From: Alphaproteobacteria bacterium | Lineage (GTDB): Bacteria; Pseudomonadota; Alphaproteobacteria; Bin95 | Reading direction: 5' to 3' | Length of the DNA stretch: 64,000 nucleotides | NCBI GenBank assembly: GCA_964291285.2 | Contig: OZ219787.1 | Location: 512,001 to 576,000, forward strand | Part shown: positions 51,813 to 62,574 of the stretch, piece after piece | How the letters are laid out: each line of letters starts with the position of its first letter | Position numbering within the stretch: the stretch's first letter is position 1 | The notes under the pieces: model-generated | What the model saw: the letters and a program-made list of their open reading frames with translations, nothing else | What the model was told of the DNA's origin: nothing | The model's database searches: none | Position numbers and translations under genes: made by a program

Positions 51813-52595
51813 TCAGACGGCGGTCATGCCCCCGTCGATCACCAGTTCCGCACCGGTCATCCAGCCCGACTCGTCGCTCGCCAGGAACAGGCAGCCATTG
51901 GCGATGTCGCTCGGCTTGCCGAAGCGGCCCATCGGTGTCTCGTCCAGCCGGGGCCGGGCGAGGTCCGGATTGCTGTGGACGGCCTCGGTCATCGGCGTGT
52001 CGACATAGCCCGGATGGACAGAGTTCACCCGGATGCCGTCCTTCGCATATTGCGCGGCGGCGGATTTGGTGAACGTCCTGACAGCGCCCTTGGACGCATG
52101 ATAGGCGGCATTGTGGACCGAGCCGACGATGCCGTAGATCGACGAGATGTTGATGATCGAGCCGCCGCCGGCCGCCTGCATTGCCGCGATGGCATGCTTG
52201 GTGCCGAGAAAGACGCCGGTAGAGTTCACATCCATAATCCGGTTCCAGTTCGCCAGGTCCGCCGCGCCGATGCGCGGGGCCGCCGAACCGTCCGGCATCC
52301 GGCCCGAGACGCCGGCGGCATTGAGCATGATGTCGAGGCGCCCGAAACGTTCGACCACCTCCCGCACCGCTTCGCGCCACTGGTCTTCATCCGCGGTGTC
52401 GAGATGGACATAGCAGGCCGCAGCGCCCGCGGCCTCGACATCACGGACAACCAGCGGACCGAGATTGTCGTTGATATCCGCGACCGCCACGCTCGCACCA
52501 TGCTCGGCGAACAGGCGCGCGCTTGCCGCCCCGATGCCCGACGCACCGCCGGTAATCATCGCCACCTTGCCCTGAAGCCGTCTTGCCTCGGCCAT
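51813..52595 (-). CDS. SDR family oxidoreductase
   Basis: TGGASGIG, NAAG, YHASK, IRVNSVHPG. Confidence 0.93.
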   Translation of the reverse strand: MAEARRLQGKVAMITGGASGIGAASARLFAEHGASVAVADINDNLGPLVVRDVEAAGAAACYVHLDTADEDQWREAVREVVERFGRLDIMLNAAGVSGRMPDGSAAPRIGAADLANWNRIMDVNSTGVFLGTKHAIAAMQAAGGGSIINISSIYGIVGSVHNAAYHASKGAVRTFTKSAAAQYAKDGIRVNSVHPGYVDTPMTEAVHSNPDLARPRLDETPMGRFGKPSDIANGCLFLASDESGWMTGAELVIDGGMTAV

Positions 52596-52633
52596 CGGCC
52601 GCCCTCCCCTGCCGGATTCGTTCTGCAACTACC

Positions 52634-53515
52634 TTATGCCTCGACGGCGTCCGCGAAAATACGAACGGACTCGCTGAGCGGCCTCGACCGGTCCCAGGTC
52701 TCTTTCGTCTCTTCGGCAAGCGGCGTCCGGGCCAGCAGCCGGAACAGGTCCTCCGCGCCCCGGTGGAACCCGGTCGTCATGCCGAGGCTCTCGAAGAACG
52801 CGGCTATCTCCACCATCTCCGGGTGGAAGCGGTGGGCGTCCGCAGGCAGCAGGCCGATGCGGTCCTCCATGCGCGACAGCACCTCCGGCTGGCTGAAGGC
52901 AAGTTCCGCGCGCAGTTCTTCGGAGAGGCCGGCGCGCTCCGCGGCTGTCAATACGGCCGCCTGGAGTGCCCAGTATCCCTTGTTGAGGGCGGAATAGAGC
53001 ATCTTCTGCGCCGAAGCTCTACCGACCTCGGGACCGAGCGGACGAACGATTATCCTTTCCGAAGTCAGTACTTCCATGACTGTCGCCGGCGCCCCGGAGA
53101 CATAGAACCGCGTCGGCTTTCCCCCCTTGGGAGACGGGCCGACAATGCCGCCGTCCACGAAGCGCTCAGCCGGAAACCCGGCCGCGATGCGCCGCACGGT
53201 TTCCGGCGCAACGGCATTCATGTCGGCGAAGACCGGCCCATCCGCGCCGATCCGCCCCGCCAGTTCCGCCGCAAAGCCCTCTGCGGCGGCCGGCGGCATG
53301 ATCGACAGCACAAGGTCCGATTCCGCCGCCACGGCATCGAGCGAACCCAAATCCTCGAAGCCGGCGGCTTCCGCGAGTGCGCGCGTCCTGTCGCTCCGCC
53401 CGGAAAGGTCCGTGACGACGCGGAGCCCGCTGCATTCCCGCAAGGCCCGCCCGACGCCATGCCCCATATCGCCGGGGCTGAGTATGCCGACTGTCTTCAA
53501 GGTCGCATGCTGCAT
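52634..53515 (-). CDS. NAD(P)-dependent oxidoreductase (6PGD/HIBADH-like, DUF1932)
   Basis: GILSPGDMG, DMNAVAP, DGGIVG, ASAQKMLYS..NKG, EMVEIA. Confidence 0.85.
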   Translation of the reverse strand: MQHATLKTVGILSPGDMGHGVGRALRECSGLRVVTDLSGRSDRTRALAEAAGFEDLGSLDAVAAESDLVLSIMPPAAAEGFAAELAGRIGADGPVFADMNAVAPETVRRIAAGFPAERFVDGGIVGPSPKGGKPTRFYVSGAPATVMEVLTSERIIVRPLGPEVGRASAQKMLYSALNKGYWALQAAVLTAAERAGLSEELRAELAFSQPEVLSRMEDRIGLLPADAHRFHPEMVEIAAFFESLGMTTGFHRGAEDLFRLLARTPLAEETKETWDRSRPLSESVRIFADAVEA

Positions 53516-53580
53516 CCGGCTCTTCCCTCCCGCTCCCCGCTCCGGCAAGTTTAGGGGGAAGCGAGAGGAGGGGCACCCCC

Positions 53581-55203
53581 ATGAAGGCCGTCGAAGCGAT
53601 TTCGGAAATCCTGAAGCGCGAAGGCATCGAAACCATCATCGGCTACCCAGTGAACCATGTGCTCGAATATGCCGCGCATCTTGATATCCGCCCGATTATC
53701 GTTCGTCAGGAACGGGTCGGCCTGCACATGGCGGACGCGATCTCGCGACTGACCTCCGGCGGCACGATCGGCGTCTTCGCCATGCAGCACGGTCCCGGTT
53801 CGGAGAACGCCTATGGCGGCATCGCCCAGGCCTACGGCGAGTCGGTCCCGCTGCTGGTGATGCCGATGGGCTATCCGCGCCGGATTGCGCATATCCATCC
53901 GAACTTCAACTCGACCCAGGCGATGAAGCCCATCGCCAAATCGACGGAGCCGATCACCTCGGTCGGCGAAATCGCCAATGTGATGCGCCGCGCCTTCACC
54001 CGCCTGCGCAATGGGCGCGGCGGTCCGGTGGTGGTGGAAGTGCCCGCCGACCTCATGAATGAGGAGCTGGAGGGCGACCTTTCCTATGAGCCCGTGCTCT
54101 CGACGCGCAGCGGGCCGGACCCCGATGCCGTGGCAAAAGCCGCAGAGATGCTCATGGCGGCGGAGAGGCCGGTCCTCTATGCCGGCCAGGGCGTGCATTA
54201 CGCCAGGGCATGGCCGCAGCTGAAGGCGCTGGCGGAGCATCTGGCGATTCCGGTCTGCACCAGCCTCGAAGGCAAGAGCGCCTTCCCGGAGGACCATCCG
54301 CTCAGCCTCGGCACCGGCGGCCTCGCCATGCCGCGCCCGGTGCGCAGCTTCCTGGACGGGGCAGACCTGATCTTCGGCATCGGGTGCAGCTTCACCGAGA
54401 CCAATTTCGGCGTCTCCATGCCGAAGGGAAAAACCGTCATCCACGCCACGCTCGATCCGATGGACCTGAACAAGGACGTGCCGGCCGCTCTCGGCCTTGT
54501 GGGCGATGCGGAACTCACTCTCAATGCGCTGCTGGCGGCGCTCGAGGGAGAGCCGATACGCGATTCCGGTCCCGTTGCAGCGGAGATCGCGGCCGGCATG
54601 GAAAGCTGGCTCGCCGAATGGGCGGCGAAGCGGGAGAGCGACGAGGCGCCGCTCAATCCCTATCGTGTGCTTGCCGAACTGGAACGCGCGGTGGACAAGA
54701 AAAACGTCGTCATCACCCACGATGCCGGCAGCCCGCGCGACCAGCTCTCACCGTTCTGGAAGGCAACCGAACCGCTGTCCTATATCGGTTGGGGCAAGAC
54801 GACGCAGCTCGGCTACGGGCTCGGCCTCGCCATGGGCGCCAAGCTCGCCTGCCCGGAAAAGCTCTGCATCAATGTGTGGGGCGATGCCGCCATCGGCTTC
54901 ACGGGCATGGACTTCGAGACGGCCGTGCGCGAGCGCATCCCGATCCTCTCCATACTGCTGAACAACTTCTCGATGGCGATCGAGCTCAAGGTCATGCCGG
55001 TCTCGACGGAGAAGTTCCGCTCGACGGACATTTCCGGCGACTACGCCGCCATGGCCCGGGCCTTCGGCGCCTATGGGGAGCGGGTCACCGATCCGGGCGA
55101 AATCCAGGCCGCCATCGCCCGGGGTATCGCGGCGACCGAGGCAGGCCAGCCGGCCCTGCTGGAGTTCATCACCTGCAAGGAGGTCGAGGTCTCCCGGCAG
55201 TAG
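53581..55203 (+). CDS. Thiamine pyrophosphate-requiring enzyme (acetolactate synthase-like family), substrate unknown
   Basis: RQER, HGPG, GDAAIG..NN TPP-binding motif. Confidence 0.88.
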   Translation: MKAVEAISEILKREGIETIIGYPVNHVLEYAAHLDIRPIIVRQERVGLHMADAISRLTSGGTIGVFAMQHGPGSENAYGGIAQAYGESVPLLVMPMGYPRRIAHIHPNFNSTQAMKPIAKSTEPITSVGEIANVMRRAFTRLRNGRGGPVVVEVPADLMNEELEGDLSYEPVLSTRSGPDPDAVAKAAEMLMAAERPVLYAGQGVHYARAWPQLKALAEHLAIPVCTSLEGKSAFPEDHPLSLGTGGLAMPRPVRSFLDGADLIFGIGCSFTETNFGVSMPKGKTVIHATLDPMDLNKDVPAALGLVGDAELTLNALLAALEGEPIRDSGPVAAEIAAGMESWLAEWAAKRESDEAPLNPYRVLAELERAVDKKNVVITHDAGSPRDQLSPFWKATEPLSYIGWGKTTQLGYGLGLAMGAKLACPEKLCINVWGDAAIGFTGMDFETAVRERIPILSILLNNFSMAIELKVMPVSTEKFRSTDISGDYAAMARAFGAYGERVTDPGEIQAAIARGIAATEAGQPALLEFITCKEVEVSRQ

Positions 55204-55224
55204 GCAGGCGGCGACCCGCGCCGG

Positions 55225-56565
55225 TCAGCGCATCGTCACGAATTCTTCGGCGGCGGTCGGGTGGATGCCGACCGTCGCGTCGAACTGGGCCTTGGTCGCG
55301 CCCATCTTGATGGCGATGCCGAGGCCCTGCGCGATCTCCGGCGCGTCCGCGCCCACCATATGCGCGCCGAGAACGCGCCCGCTTTCCGGCTGGACCACGA
55401 GCTTCATCAGGGAGAACTCGTCGCGGCCGGTCAACGTGTGTTTCAGCGGGCGGAAGCGGCTCTTGTAGATGTCCACCTCGCCGCATTGTGCGCGCGCCTC
55501 GGCCTCGGTGAGGCCGGCGGTGCCGATGGGCGGCTGGCTGAACACGGCGGTGGGCACATTGGCGTGATCGGCCTGCCAGGGCCTGTTGCCGAACACCGTA
55601 TCGGAGAACGCGTGTCCCTCGCGTATCGCGACGGGTGTGAGTGCAAGCCGGTCGGTTACATCGCCGATAGCGTAGATGTTTCCGACCGAGCTCCGGGACC
55701 CCGCATCGACAACAACGGCCCCCTTGCGGTCCATCTCGACGCCTGCGGCTTCGAGGCCCAGCCCTGCCGTGTTCGGATTGCGGCCGGTTGCGAACATGAC
55801 AAGATCGGCTTCGACGGTCCTGCCCGTATCGGTTGCGACGCGGTAACCCTCGTTCGTCTTCTCGATGGCGGTCGGATTGGTCCGGTTGACGATCTCGACG
55901 CCGTCCGCCCGCATCTGCTCGCCGAGCTCGATGCGGATGTCGTCGTCGAAGCCGTTCAACAGATGCTCGGCCCGGATCATCTCGACGGTTTCGACGCCGA
56001 GGCCGTGAAAAATCCCGGCGAACTCGACCGCGATATAGCCGCCGCCAACGATCAGAATCCGGTCGGGCCGACTCGTCAATTCCAGCGCTTCGTTGGATGA
56101 AATAGCGTGCTCGATTCCCGGAATGCCGGGCATCCAGGGCCAGCCTCCGACCGCAATCAATACCTTGTCGGCGGTAACCCTGCGCCCGCCCAGCCGGATC
56201 GTATGCGCGTCCTCCAGCACGCCGCGTTCCTCTACCAATTCGACGCCCGCGCCCGAAAGCAGGGAAAGGTAAACGCCGTTCAGGCGGTCGATCTCCCGGT
56301 TCTTGTTGTCGATCAGGCGGGACCAGTCGAATTCGTTCGCGGCCGGCCCCCAGCCATAGGCGCAGGCATCCTCGAAATCGCGGGCGAAATGCGAGGCGTA
56401 AACCAGCAGCTTTTTCGGGATGCAGCCCCGGATGACGCACGTGCCGCCGACACGGCTCTGCTCGCAAATGCCCACCCGCGCGCCGTGCCCGGCCGCAATG
56501 CGCGCCGCGCGCACGCCGCCCGAGCCGGCCCCAATGACAAACAGGTCATAGTCGTAACGCGCCAT
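55225..56565 (-). CDS. gor: Glutathione-disulfide reductase
   Basis: GAGSGG, GGTCVIRGCIPKK, GGGYIA, HPTAAEEF. Confidence 0.94.
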   Translation of the reverse strand: MARYDYDLFVIGAGSGGVRAARIAAGHGARVGICEQSRVGGTCVIRGCIPKKLLVYASHFARDFEDACAYGWGPAANEFDWSRLIDNKNREIDRLNGVYLSLLSGAGVELVEERGVLEDAHTIRLGGRRVTADKVLIAVGGWPWMPGIPGIEHAISSNEALELTSRPDRILIVGGGYIAVEFAGIFHGLGVETVEMIRAEHLLNGFDDDIRIELGEQMRADGVEIVNRTNPTAIEKTNEGYRVATDTGRTVEADLVMFATGRNPNTAGLGLEAAGVEMDRKGAVVVDAGSRSSVGNIYAIGDVTDRLALTPVAIREGHAFSDTVFGNRPWQADHANVPTAVFSQPPIGTAGLTEAEARAQCGEVDIYKSRFRPLKHTLTGRDEFSLMKLVVQPESGRVLGAHMVGADAPEIAQGLGIAIKMGATKAQFDATVGIHPTAAEEFVTMR

Positions 56566-56576
56566 CCGGCCTGGCC

Positions 56577-57248
56577 TCACTCCATGAAACGGGCGGAATT
56601 GCCCCTGCCGACAATCACATCGTCGGCCATGTCGATGAATAGCCCGTGCTCCACGACACCGGGCATCGTGTCGAGCTGCGCCGCAAGCGCGGACGCATCG
56701 GCGATGGCTCCGAAACGGCAATCCAGGATGCTGTTGCCTTCATCGGTGACGAAAGGCCGCCCGACCCCGCCGCGCAGTTCCACGCAAGCGCCGAGTTCCA
56801 GCATCCGCCGCCGCACCTGCTCGCGGGCGAACGGCACCACTTCCACAGGCAGCGCGAAGGCGCCAAGCCGCGCTACCGTCTTCCCGGAATCAACGATAAT
56901 CACAAAGCGGTCAGCCGCGCTCGCGACGATCTTCTCTCGCAGCAGCGCGCCGCCGCCGCCCTTGATGCAACGCTTCTGCAGGTCCACTTCGTCCGCGCCG
57001 TCTACGGCCAGATGGACGCGCTCTACCTCGTTGAGACCGGCGAGCGGAATGCCTTCCGTCCGCGCGAGCGCCGCGCTGACTTCGGACGTCGGCACGCCGC
57101 GCACCGCCAGCCCTTCCCGGACCCGCCGGCCCAGCAGGCGGATTGCATGAGCGGCGGTGCTGCCGGTTCCGAGCCCGACCGTCATGCCGGCGTGCACCAG
57201 ATCGACGGCGCGGGCCGCTGCCAGCCGTTTCTCCTCTTCCGCACTCAA
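56577..57248 (-). CDS. rpiA: Ribose-5-phosphate isomerase A
   Basis: GLGTGST, DGADE, KGGGGALLREK, PGVVEHGLF. Confidence 0.96.
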   Translation of the reverse strand: MSAEEEKRLAAARAVDLVHAGMTVGLGTGSTAAHAIRLLGRRVREGLAVRGVPTSEVSAALARTEGIPLAGLNEVERVHLAVDGADEVDLQKRCIKGGGGALLREKIVASAADRFVIIVDSGKTVARLGAFALPVEVVPFAREQVRRRMLELGACVELRGGVGRPFVTDEGNSILDCRFGAIADASALAAQLDTMPGVVEHGLFIDMADDVIVGRGNSARFME

Positions 57249-57251
57249 GGC

Positions 57252-58703
57252 TCAGCCGACGGCCATGCACAGATATTTGACTTCCAGGTAGTCCTCGATG
57301 CCGTAATGCGAGCCCTCGCGCCCAATGCCCGATTCCTTGACGCCGCCGAAAGGCGCCTCGGCCGTCGAGATGATCCCGGTGTTGACGCCGACAATGCCGT
57401 ATTCCAGGCCCTCGGAAACACGCCATGCCGTGCCGAGGTCGCGGGTGTAGAAATAGGCCGCCAGGCCGAACTCGGTGTCGTTGGCCATGGCTATCGCCTC
57501 TTCCTCTTCCTCGAACCGGAAGAGCGGTGCCAGCGGCCCGAAAGTCTCCTCGCGCGCGACTTTCATGCCGGGCGTCACATCCGCCAGCACGGTCGGCTTG
57601 AAATAGGTGCCGCCGAGCTCGTGCCGGCCGCCACCGACCACGACCCGCGCACCCTTGGCGAGCGCGTCCTCGATATGCTCCTCGACCTTCTCGACCGCGC
57701 TCATGTCGATCAGCGGCCCCTGCACCACGCCCTCCTGCATCCCGTTGCCGACGGACATGCCGGAAACCGCCTGGCTCAGCCTCGCCGCGAAATCCTCATA
57801 GACGCCCGACTGGACGAGGAGCCGGTTCGCGCAAACGCAGGTCTGGCCCATATTGCGGTATTTGGAGGCGATGGCGCCTTCCACCGCCGCATCCAAGTCG
57901 GCGTCGTTGAAGACGATGAAGGGGGCGTTGCCGCCGAGTTCCAGCGAAATCTTCTTGATGGTGCTCGCGCATTGCGCCATCAGCACCTTGCCGATCTCGG
58001 TCGAGCCGGTGAAGGAAAGCTTGCGCACGATCGGGCTTGTCGTCATCTCGGCGCCAATGGCCCCCGATGCGCCGGTAACGACGCTGAAAACGCCCTTCGG
58101 AATACCGGCCCGTTCGCCGAGTTCGGCAAGCGCCAATGCCGAGAATGGCGTCGCCGAGGCCGGCTTCAACACCATCGGACAGCCGGCGGCAAGCGCAGGA
58201 CCGGCCTTGCGGGTAATCATCGCATTCGGGAAGTTCCACGGCGTGATTGCCGCACAGACGCCAACGGGCTGCTTGATCGCCAGAATGCGCTTGTCCGGCT
58301 GGTGCTGCGGGATGGTGTCGCCGTAAACGCGCCGGCCTTCCTCGGCAAACCAGTCGATAAAGGAGGCGCCGTAAACGATCTCGCCCCGCGACTCGGCGAG
58401 CGGCTTGCCCTGCTCGGCGGTCATGAGCACGGCCAGGTCTTCCTGGTTCTCCATCATCAGGTCGTGCCAGCGGCGCAGGATGGCGGTCCGCTCCTTCGCG
58501 GTCTTCGCCCGCCATGCTGGCCAGGCGCGCTCCGCAGCCTCGATGGCGCGCCGGGTCTCCACCGCGCCCATTTTCGGCACCCTGCCCAGCTCCTCGCCCG
58601 TGGCCGGGTTCGTGACCGGAACGGTGTCGCCGCTGTCGGCATCGCACCAAGCGCCGTCGATATAGCACTGCTGACGCAGCAGGGACGGGTCTTTGAGCTT
58701 CAT
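57252..58703 (-). CDS. gabD: NAD(P)-dependent succinate-semialdehyde dehydrogenase
   Basis: ITPWNFPNAM, SFTGST, LELGGNAP, GQTCVCANR, EETFGP. Confidence 0.9.
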   Translation of the reverse strand: MKLKDPSLLRQQCYIDGAWCDADSGDTVPVTNPATGEELGRVPKMGAVETRRAIEAAERAWPAWRAKTAKERTAILRRWHDLMMENQEDLAVLMTAEQGKPLAESRGEIVYGASFIDWFAEEGRRVYGDTIPQHQPDKRILAIKQPVGVCAAITPWNFPNAMITRKAGPALAAGCPMVLKPASATPFSALALAELGERAGIPKGVFSVVTGASGAIGAEMTTSPIVRKLSFTGSTEIGKVLMAQCASTIKKISLELGGNAPFIVFNDADLDAAVEGAIASKYRNMGQTCVCANRLLVQSGVYEDFAARLSQAVSGMSVGNGMQEGVVQGPLIDMSAVEKVEEHIEDALAKGARVVVGGGRHELGGTYFKPTVLADVTPGMKVAREETFGPLAPLFRFEEEEEAIAMANDTEFGLAAYFYTRDLGTAWRVSEGLEYGIVGVNTGIISTAEAPFGGVKESGIGREGSHYGIEDYLEVKYLCMAVG

Positions 58704-58755
58704 GGCAAACCTTTCTGCCCCGGCGGATTGCCGGCGGCCGGGCGACAGGGTGCGG

Positions 58756-59478
58756 CTAGGGTTCGAGCGGCGCCCACTGGGCGTCCACCAGTTGCTCCAC
58801 TGCCGGGAAACGGTGCTTGTAGTCCATCGTGCCGCTGCCCGAAATCCAGTATCCTAGATAAACGACATCCAGCTCCATCGCCCGGGCAATGTCTATCAGG
58901 CGCAGGATCATATGGGTGCCGAGGCTGCGGCGCGCCTCGTCGGTATCGAAAAAGCTGTAAACCGCGGAAAGGCCGTCCTCCAGCCAGTCGGCCAGGCACG
59001 CGGCAAGCAAACGGCCGGCCTCGTCCCGGATTTCCAGAATGAAGCTGGAAACGGGCGTCTCCTCCACCATGCAGCGAAAATCGGCAAAGGTCATCGCCGC
59101 CATCTTGCTGGCCGCGTGCCGGTCCTCCTGGTAGCGGCGGAAGAGCGAGTACTGTTCGGCCGTGCCGATTGCGGGCTGCAGGCTGTCCCGGAGGTCGCGG
59201 TTCCGCCGGCGAACCCGGCGGAGCGAGCGCGTGTCCCGATAATCGGAAACGGCGATGCGAACCGGCACGCAAGCGGAGCAGCTCTTGCAGGCAGGGCGGT
59301 AGGCATAGCCGTAGCTTCGACGGAAACCGGCGCGCGAAAGATCGGTGTAAAGGGAACCGGCCTCGGGGTCCGCGAGCTCGATAACCAGCTTGCATTCGAG
59401 CTGTTCCGGCAAATAGGGACAGGCGCCCGGCGTGGTGGCGTGAAAGAGTTTCGGGCGTCTGGCCTTGCCGAGGTCCAT
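58756..59478 (-). CDS. bpt: ATE1-like aspartate/glutamate leucyltransferase (Bpt)
   Basis: CPYLP, GFRRS, YRPACKSCSAC, GLSAVYSFFD, SLGT, YLGYWI, MDYK. Confidence 0.88.
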   Translation of the reverse strand: MDLGKARRPKLFHATTPGACPYLPEQLECKLVIELADPEAGSLYTDLSRAGFRRSYGYAYRPACKSCSACVPVRIAVSDYRDTRSLRRVRRRNRDLRDSLQPAIGTAEQYSLFRRYQEDRHAASKMAAMTFADFRCMVEETPVSSFILEIRDEAGRLLAACLADWLEDGLSAVYSFFDTDEARRSLGTHMILRLIDIARAMELDVVYLGYWISGSGTMDYKHRFPAVEQLVDAQWAPLEP

Positions 59479-59582
59479 GAGCGGTTCCGACGAACTGCGT
59501 TGGCTGAAATATAAACCGCTGCAGCGCCGGGACAACCGGTTATACTTGCAGAGTTGTCCCACCAGCGAGACAGGTTGCCGCG

Positions 59583-60239
59583 ATGTTTTTCAGCCTGATG
59601 AAGAAGGTCCAGGTGGTCACCCCGGACCGGGCGCTGCCGGATCGCGACCGTGTCATGCCGGTGCCCCCCCAGCATTTCGTCAATGGCGTCACCATGACGC
59701 CGCCCTTCCCGGAAGGCATGGAGCGGGCGCTTTTCGGGCTCGGCTGCTTCTGGGGCGCCGAGCGCAAGTTCTGGGAAACGCCCGGCGTGTGGACCACTGC
59801 CGTCGGCTATGCGGGCGGCTACACGGCCAATCCGACCTATGAGGATGTCTGCACCGGCCGCACCGGGCACAATGAAGTCGTCCTGGTCGTGTTCGACCCG
59901 GCGCGCGTTTCCTATGGTGTGCTGCTCAAGGTCTTCTGGGAGACGCACGACCCGACCCAGGGCATGCGCCAGGGCAACGATATCGGCACGCAATACCGCT
60001 CCGGCATCTATACCTACAGCGAGGCGCAGCGGCAGATGGCAGAAGCGTCCAAAGCCCGCTTCGCCGAGGCGCTGAGGCAGGCGGGCTACGGCGCCATCAC
60101 CACCGAAATCGTGGATGCGCCGCCCTTCTACTACGCCGAGGATATCCACCAGCAATATCTGGCCAAGGTGCCATACGGATATTGCGGGCTCGGAGGCACC
60201 GGCGTCTCTTGTCCGGTCGGCGTGGCGGCGGCGGAATAG
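59583..60239 (+). CDS. msrA: Peptide-methionine (S)-S-oxide reductase
   Basis: [33 protein letters not shown]. Confidence 0.96.
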   Translation: MFFSLMKKVQVVTPDRALPDRDRVMPVPPQHFVNGVTMTPPFPEGMERALFGLGCFWGAERKFWETPGVWTTAVGYAGGYTANPTYEDVCTGRTGHNEVVLVVFDPARVSYGVLLKVFWETHDPTQGMRQGNDIGTQYRSGIYTYSEAQRQMAEASKARFAEALRQAGYGAITTEIVDAPPFYYAEDIHQQYLAKVPYGYCGLGGTGVSCPVGVAAAE

Positions 60240-60251
60240 GCGCGCAGGTCG

Positions 60252-61121
60252 TCAGCCCATCGCCTTTCTGAAGCGCCGGAGCGCCTCCAGGTGCTCCGCG
60301 GGCGTATCCAGGCCGGAATACATCGTGCGCACGGTGACATGGCTGACGCCCAGCGTTTCCCAGCGCGAAAGCTCGCCTGCCGCGTCTTCCGGCGTCCGCT
60401 CGCCGATATGGATCGTCCCGTCGATGCCGAGCGCGGCAGGATCGCGCCCGGCTTTTTCGGCTGCGCCCCGCGCCAGCGCAATCTGGCGAGCCATCTCGTT
60501 GCCGGGCGGCACCCGCGGATTGGCGAACCAGCCGTCGCCGAGACGCCCGGCGCGTTCGATCGCCGGGTCCTGGAACGCCCCGATCCAGACCGGAATCGGG
60601 CGCTGAGTCGGCAGCGGATTGATGCCGGCGTCCCGGTGCTCGTGCCATTCGCCGGAGAAGCTGCCGGAGGGCTCGGTCCAGAGCTGGCGCAGGCACGCAA
60701 TCTGTTCCTCCATCCGCCGGGCGCGGTTGCGGAAGGACTGTCCCAGGACCTCGAATTCCATGGCGTTCCAGCCGATGCCGACGCCGAGGCGCAGACGGCC
60801 GCCGGACAGGAGGTCTATTTCCGCCGCCTGCTTGGCGACCAGGGCCGTTTGCCGCTGCGGGAGGATGAGAATCGCGGTTGCAAGCTCGAGCCGTTCGGTC
60901 GCGCAGGCCAAGAAACCGAACAGGGTCAAGGGCTCGTGGAACATGTTGTCGAGCGTGTAATAGGCCCGCCAGTCCTCCGCGCCGTTGGAGACCTCCTGCA
61001 TCACATGGTCGATGCAGGTGAGATGGTCGTAGCCGAGCGCCTCCACCTCCTGCGCGAACCCGCGGATAGCTCCCGGGTCCGTCCCGATTTCCGTCGTCGG
61101 AAATGCCACGCCGATCTTCAT
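60252..61121 (-). CDS. LLM-class (luciferase-like, probable F420-dependent) oxidoreductase
   Basis: DHV, HEPLTLFGFLA, ILPQRQTALVAKQAA, SGGRLRLGVGIGWN. Confidence 0.85.
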   Translation of the reverse strand: MKIGVAFPTTEIGTDPGAIRGFAQEVEALGYDHLTCIDHVMQEVSNGAEDWRAYYTLDNMFHEPLTLFGFLACATERLELATAILILPQRQTALVAKQAAEIDLLSGGRLRLGVGIGWNAMEFEVLGQSFRNRARRMEEQIACLRQLWTEPSGSFSGEWHEHRDAGINPLPTQRPIPVWIGAFQDPAIERAGRLGDGWFANPRVPPGNEMARQIALARGAAEKAGRDPAALGIDGTIHIGERTPEDAAGELSRWETLGVSHVTVRTMYSGLDTPAEHLEALRRFRKAMG

Positions 61122-61138
61122 GCCGTTTTCCCTCTCCC

Positions 61139-61603
61139 CTACCCAATCTGCCGTTCGGCGCGCGGCTCCGTCCCGTCGCCGTGGAGCTTGTGCGCCCGTG
61201 CCTCAAAGGCGAGCGCCATCCGCTTCGCAGCCTCGTGGAAGAAGCGGCTCGCCAAGCCCCGCAGCAGCGCCGAACGGAAGTCACAGTCGATGCTGAAATC
61301 TATCGTGGTCCCGCCCTCGGCGGGCATGAAGCGCCAATGCGTCGCCATGTGCGAAAGGGGCCCGTGCGCATAGGCGACGTCGATGCGTTCCGGCGGCGTC
61401 AGCGAGACGCGGGAGGTGAAGCTCTCGCGAAAGGGCCCGAAGCGCACCCGGAGGTCGGCGACGACAAGCGCGCCCTCCCGCCGGCGGATGCGCGCCCCGG
61501 CGCACCAGGGAATGAACTCGGGATAACGCCCGATATCCGCGACAAGGGCGAACATCTGATCCGGCGAATAGGGCACGAACCGCTGTTCGCGGTGGCTCGG
61601 CAT
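61139..61603 (-). CDS. COQ10/RatA START-domain protein
   Basis: MFALVADIGRYPEFIPWC, ESFTSRV, GPLSHM, AFEARA; TGATG coupling to lipA. Confidence 0.9.
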   Translation of the reverse strand: MPSHREQRFVPYSPDQMFALVADIGRYPEFIPWCAGARIRRREGALVVADLRVRFGPFRESFTSRVSLTPPERIDVAYAHGPLSHMATHWRFMPAEGGTTIDFSIDCDFRSALLRGLASRFFHEAAKRMALAFEARAHKLHGDGTEPRAERQIG

Positions 61604-62574
61604 CAGCCGCGCGCGGCCTTCAGCTTCGCGAAATCGCTGTCGGCATGGTAGGAGGACCGCGTCAAAGGCGACGCCGAAACCAGCAGAAAGCCTTTCGCCT
61701 TCGCCATCGTCGTATAGGCCTCGAACTCCTCGGGCGTCACGAAGCGGTCCACCCGGTGGTGCTTCGGCGTCGGCTGGAGATACTGGCCGATGGTAAGGAA
61801 ATCGACATCGGCGCAGCGCAGGTCGTCCATCACCTGCGCAACCTGTTCGCGGGTTTCGCCGAGGCCGACCATCATTCCGGACTTTGTGAACAGGGTGGGG
61901 TCCAGCTCCTTGGCGCGCTCCAGCAGCCGGACGCTGTGATAGTAGCGCGCGCCCGGCCTGACGGCGCTGTAGAGGCCCGGCACAGTTTCGAGATTGTGGT
62001 TGAAGACATCCGGCTTCGCCGCGACCACGGTCTCCAGCGCGCCCGGCTTCCTGAGGAAATCGGGCGTGAGCAGCTCCACGGTCGTGCCGGACGCATAGGT
62101 GCGGATCCACCCGACCGTCTCGGCGAAATGAGCGGCGCCGCCATCATCAAGGTCGTCGCGGTCCACGGAGGTGATGACCACATGCGCGAGGCCGAGCTTC
62201 GCCACCGCCTTGCCCACATTCTCGGGCTCGCCTCGGTCGAGCGCGCCGGGCCTGCCGGTCGCGACATTGCAGAAGGCACAGGCGCGGGTGCAGATCTCGC
62301 CCATGATCATCATGGTCGCGTGGCGCTCGGCCCAGCACTCGCCGATATTCGGGCAGCCGGCTTCCTCGCAGACCGTCACGAGACCGTGTTCGCGCACGAT
62401 GCGGCGCGTTTCGGCAAAGGCCTTCGAGGTCGGCGCCCTGACGCGAATCCAGGGCGGCTTGCGCGGGCTCGGATTGTCCGGGCGCAGGCGCTTTTCCGGA
62501 TGCCGGAAGGGCCGCCCGGCGCCGCCGGTCCCCGAGCGGGCCTCCCGCCGGTCAGAAATGGATGGCGCGTCCAT
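61603..62574 (-). CDS. lipA: Lipoyl synthase
   Basis: [33 protein letters not shown]. Confidence 0.97.
   Translation of the reverse strand: MDAPSISDRREARSGTGGAGRPFRHPEKRLRPDNPSPRKPPWIRVRAPTSKAFAETRRIVREHGLVTVCEEAGCPNIGECWAERHATMMIMGEICTRACAFCNVATGRPGALDRGEPENVGKAVAKLGLAHVVITSVDRDDLDDGGAAHFAETVGWIRTYASGTTVELLTPDFLRKPGALETVVAAKPDVFNHNLETVPGLYSAVRPGARYYHSVRLLERAKELDPTLFTKSGMMVGLGETREQVAQVMDDLRCADVDFLTIGQYLQPTPKHHRVDRFVTPEEFEAYTTMAKAKGFLLVSASPLTRSSYHADSDFAKLKAARG

Noticed and set aside
61139-61603. RatA-like gene as a toxin-antitoxin system
   Set aside because: No antitoxin partner; its position after lipA fits the COQ10-type ubiquinone-binding housekeeping role.
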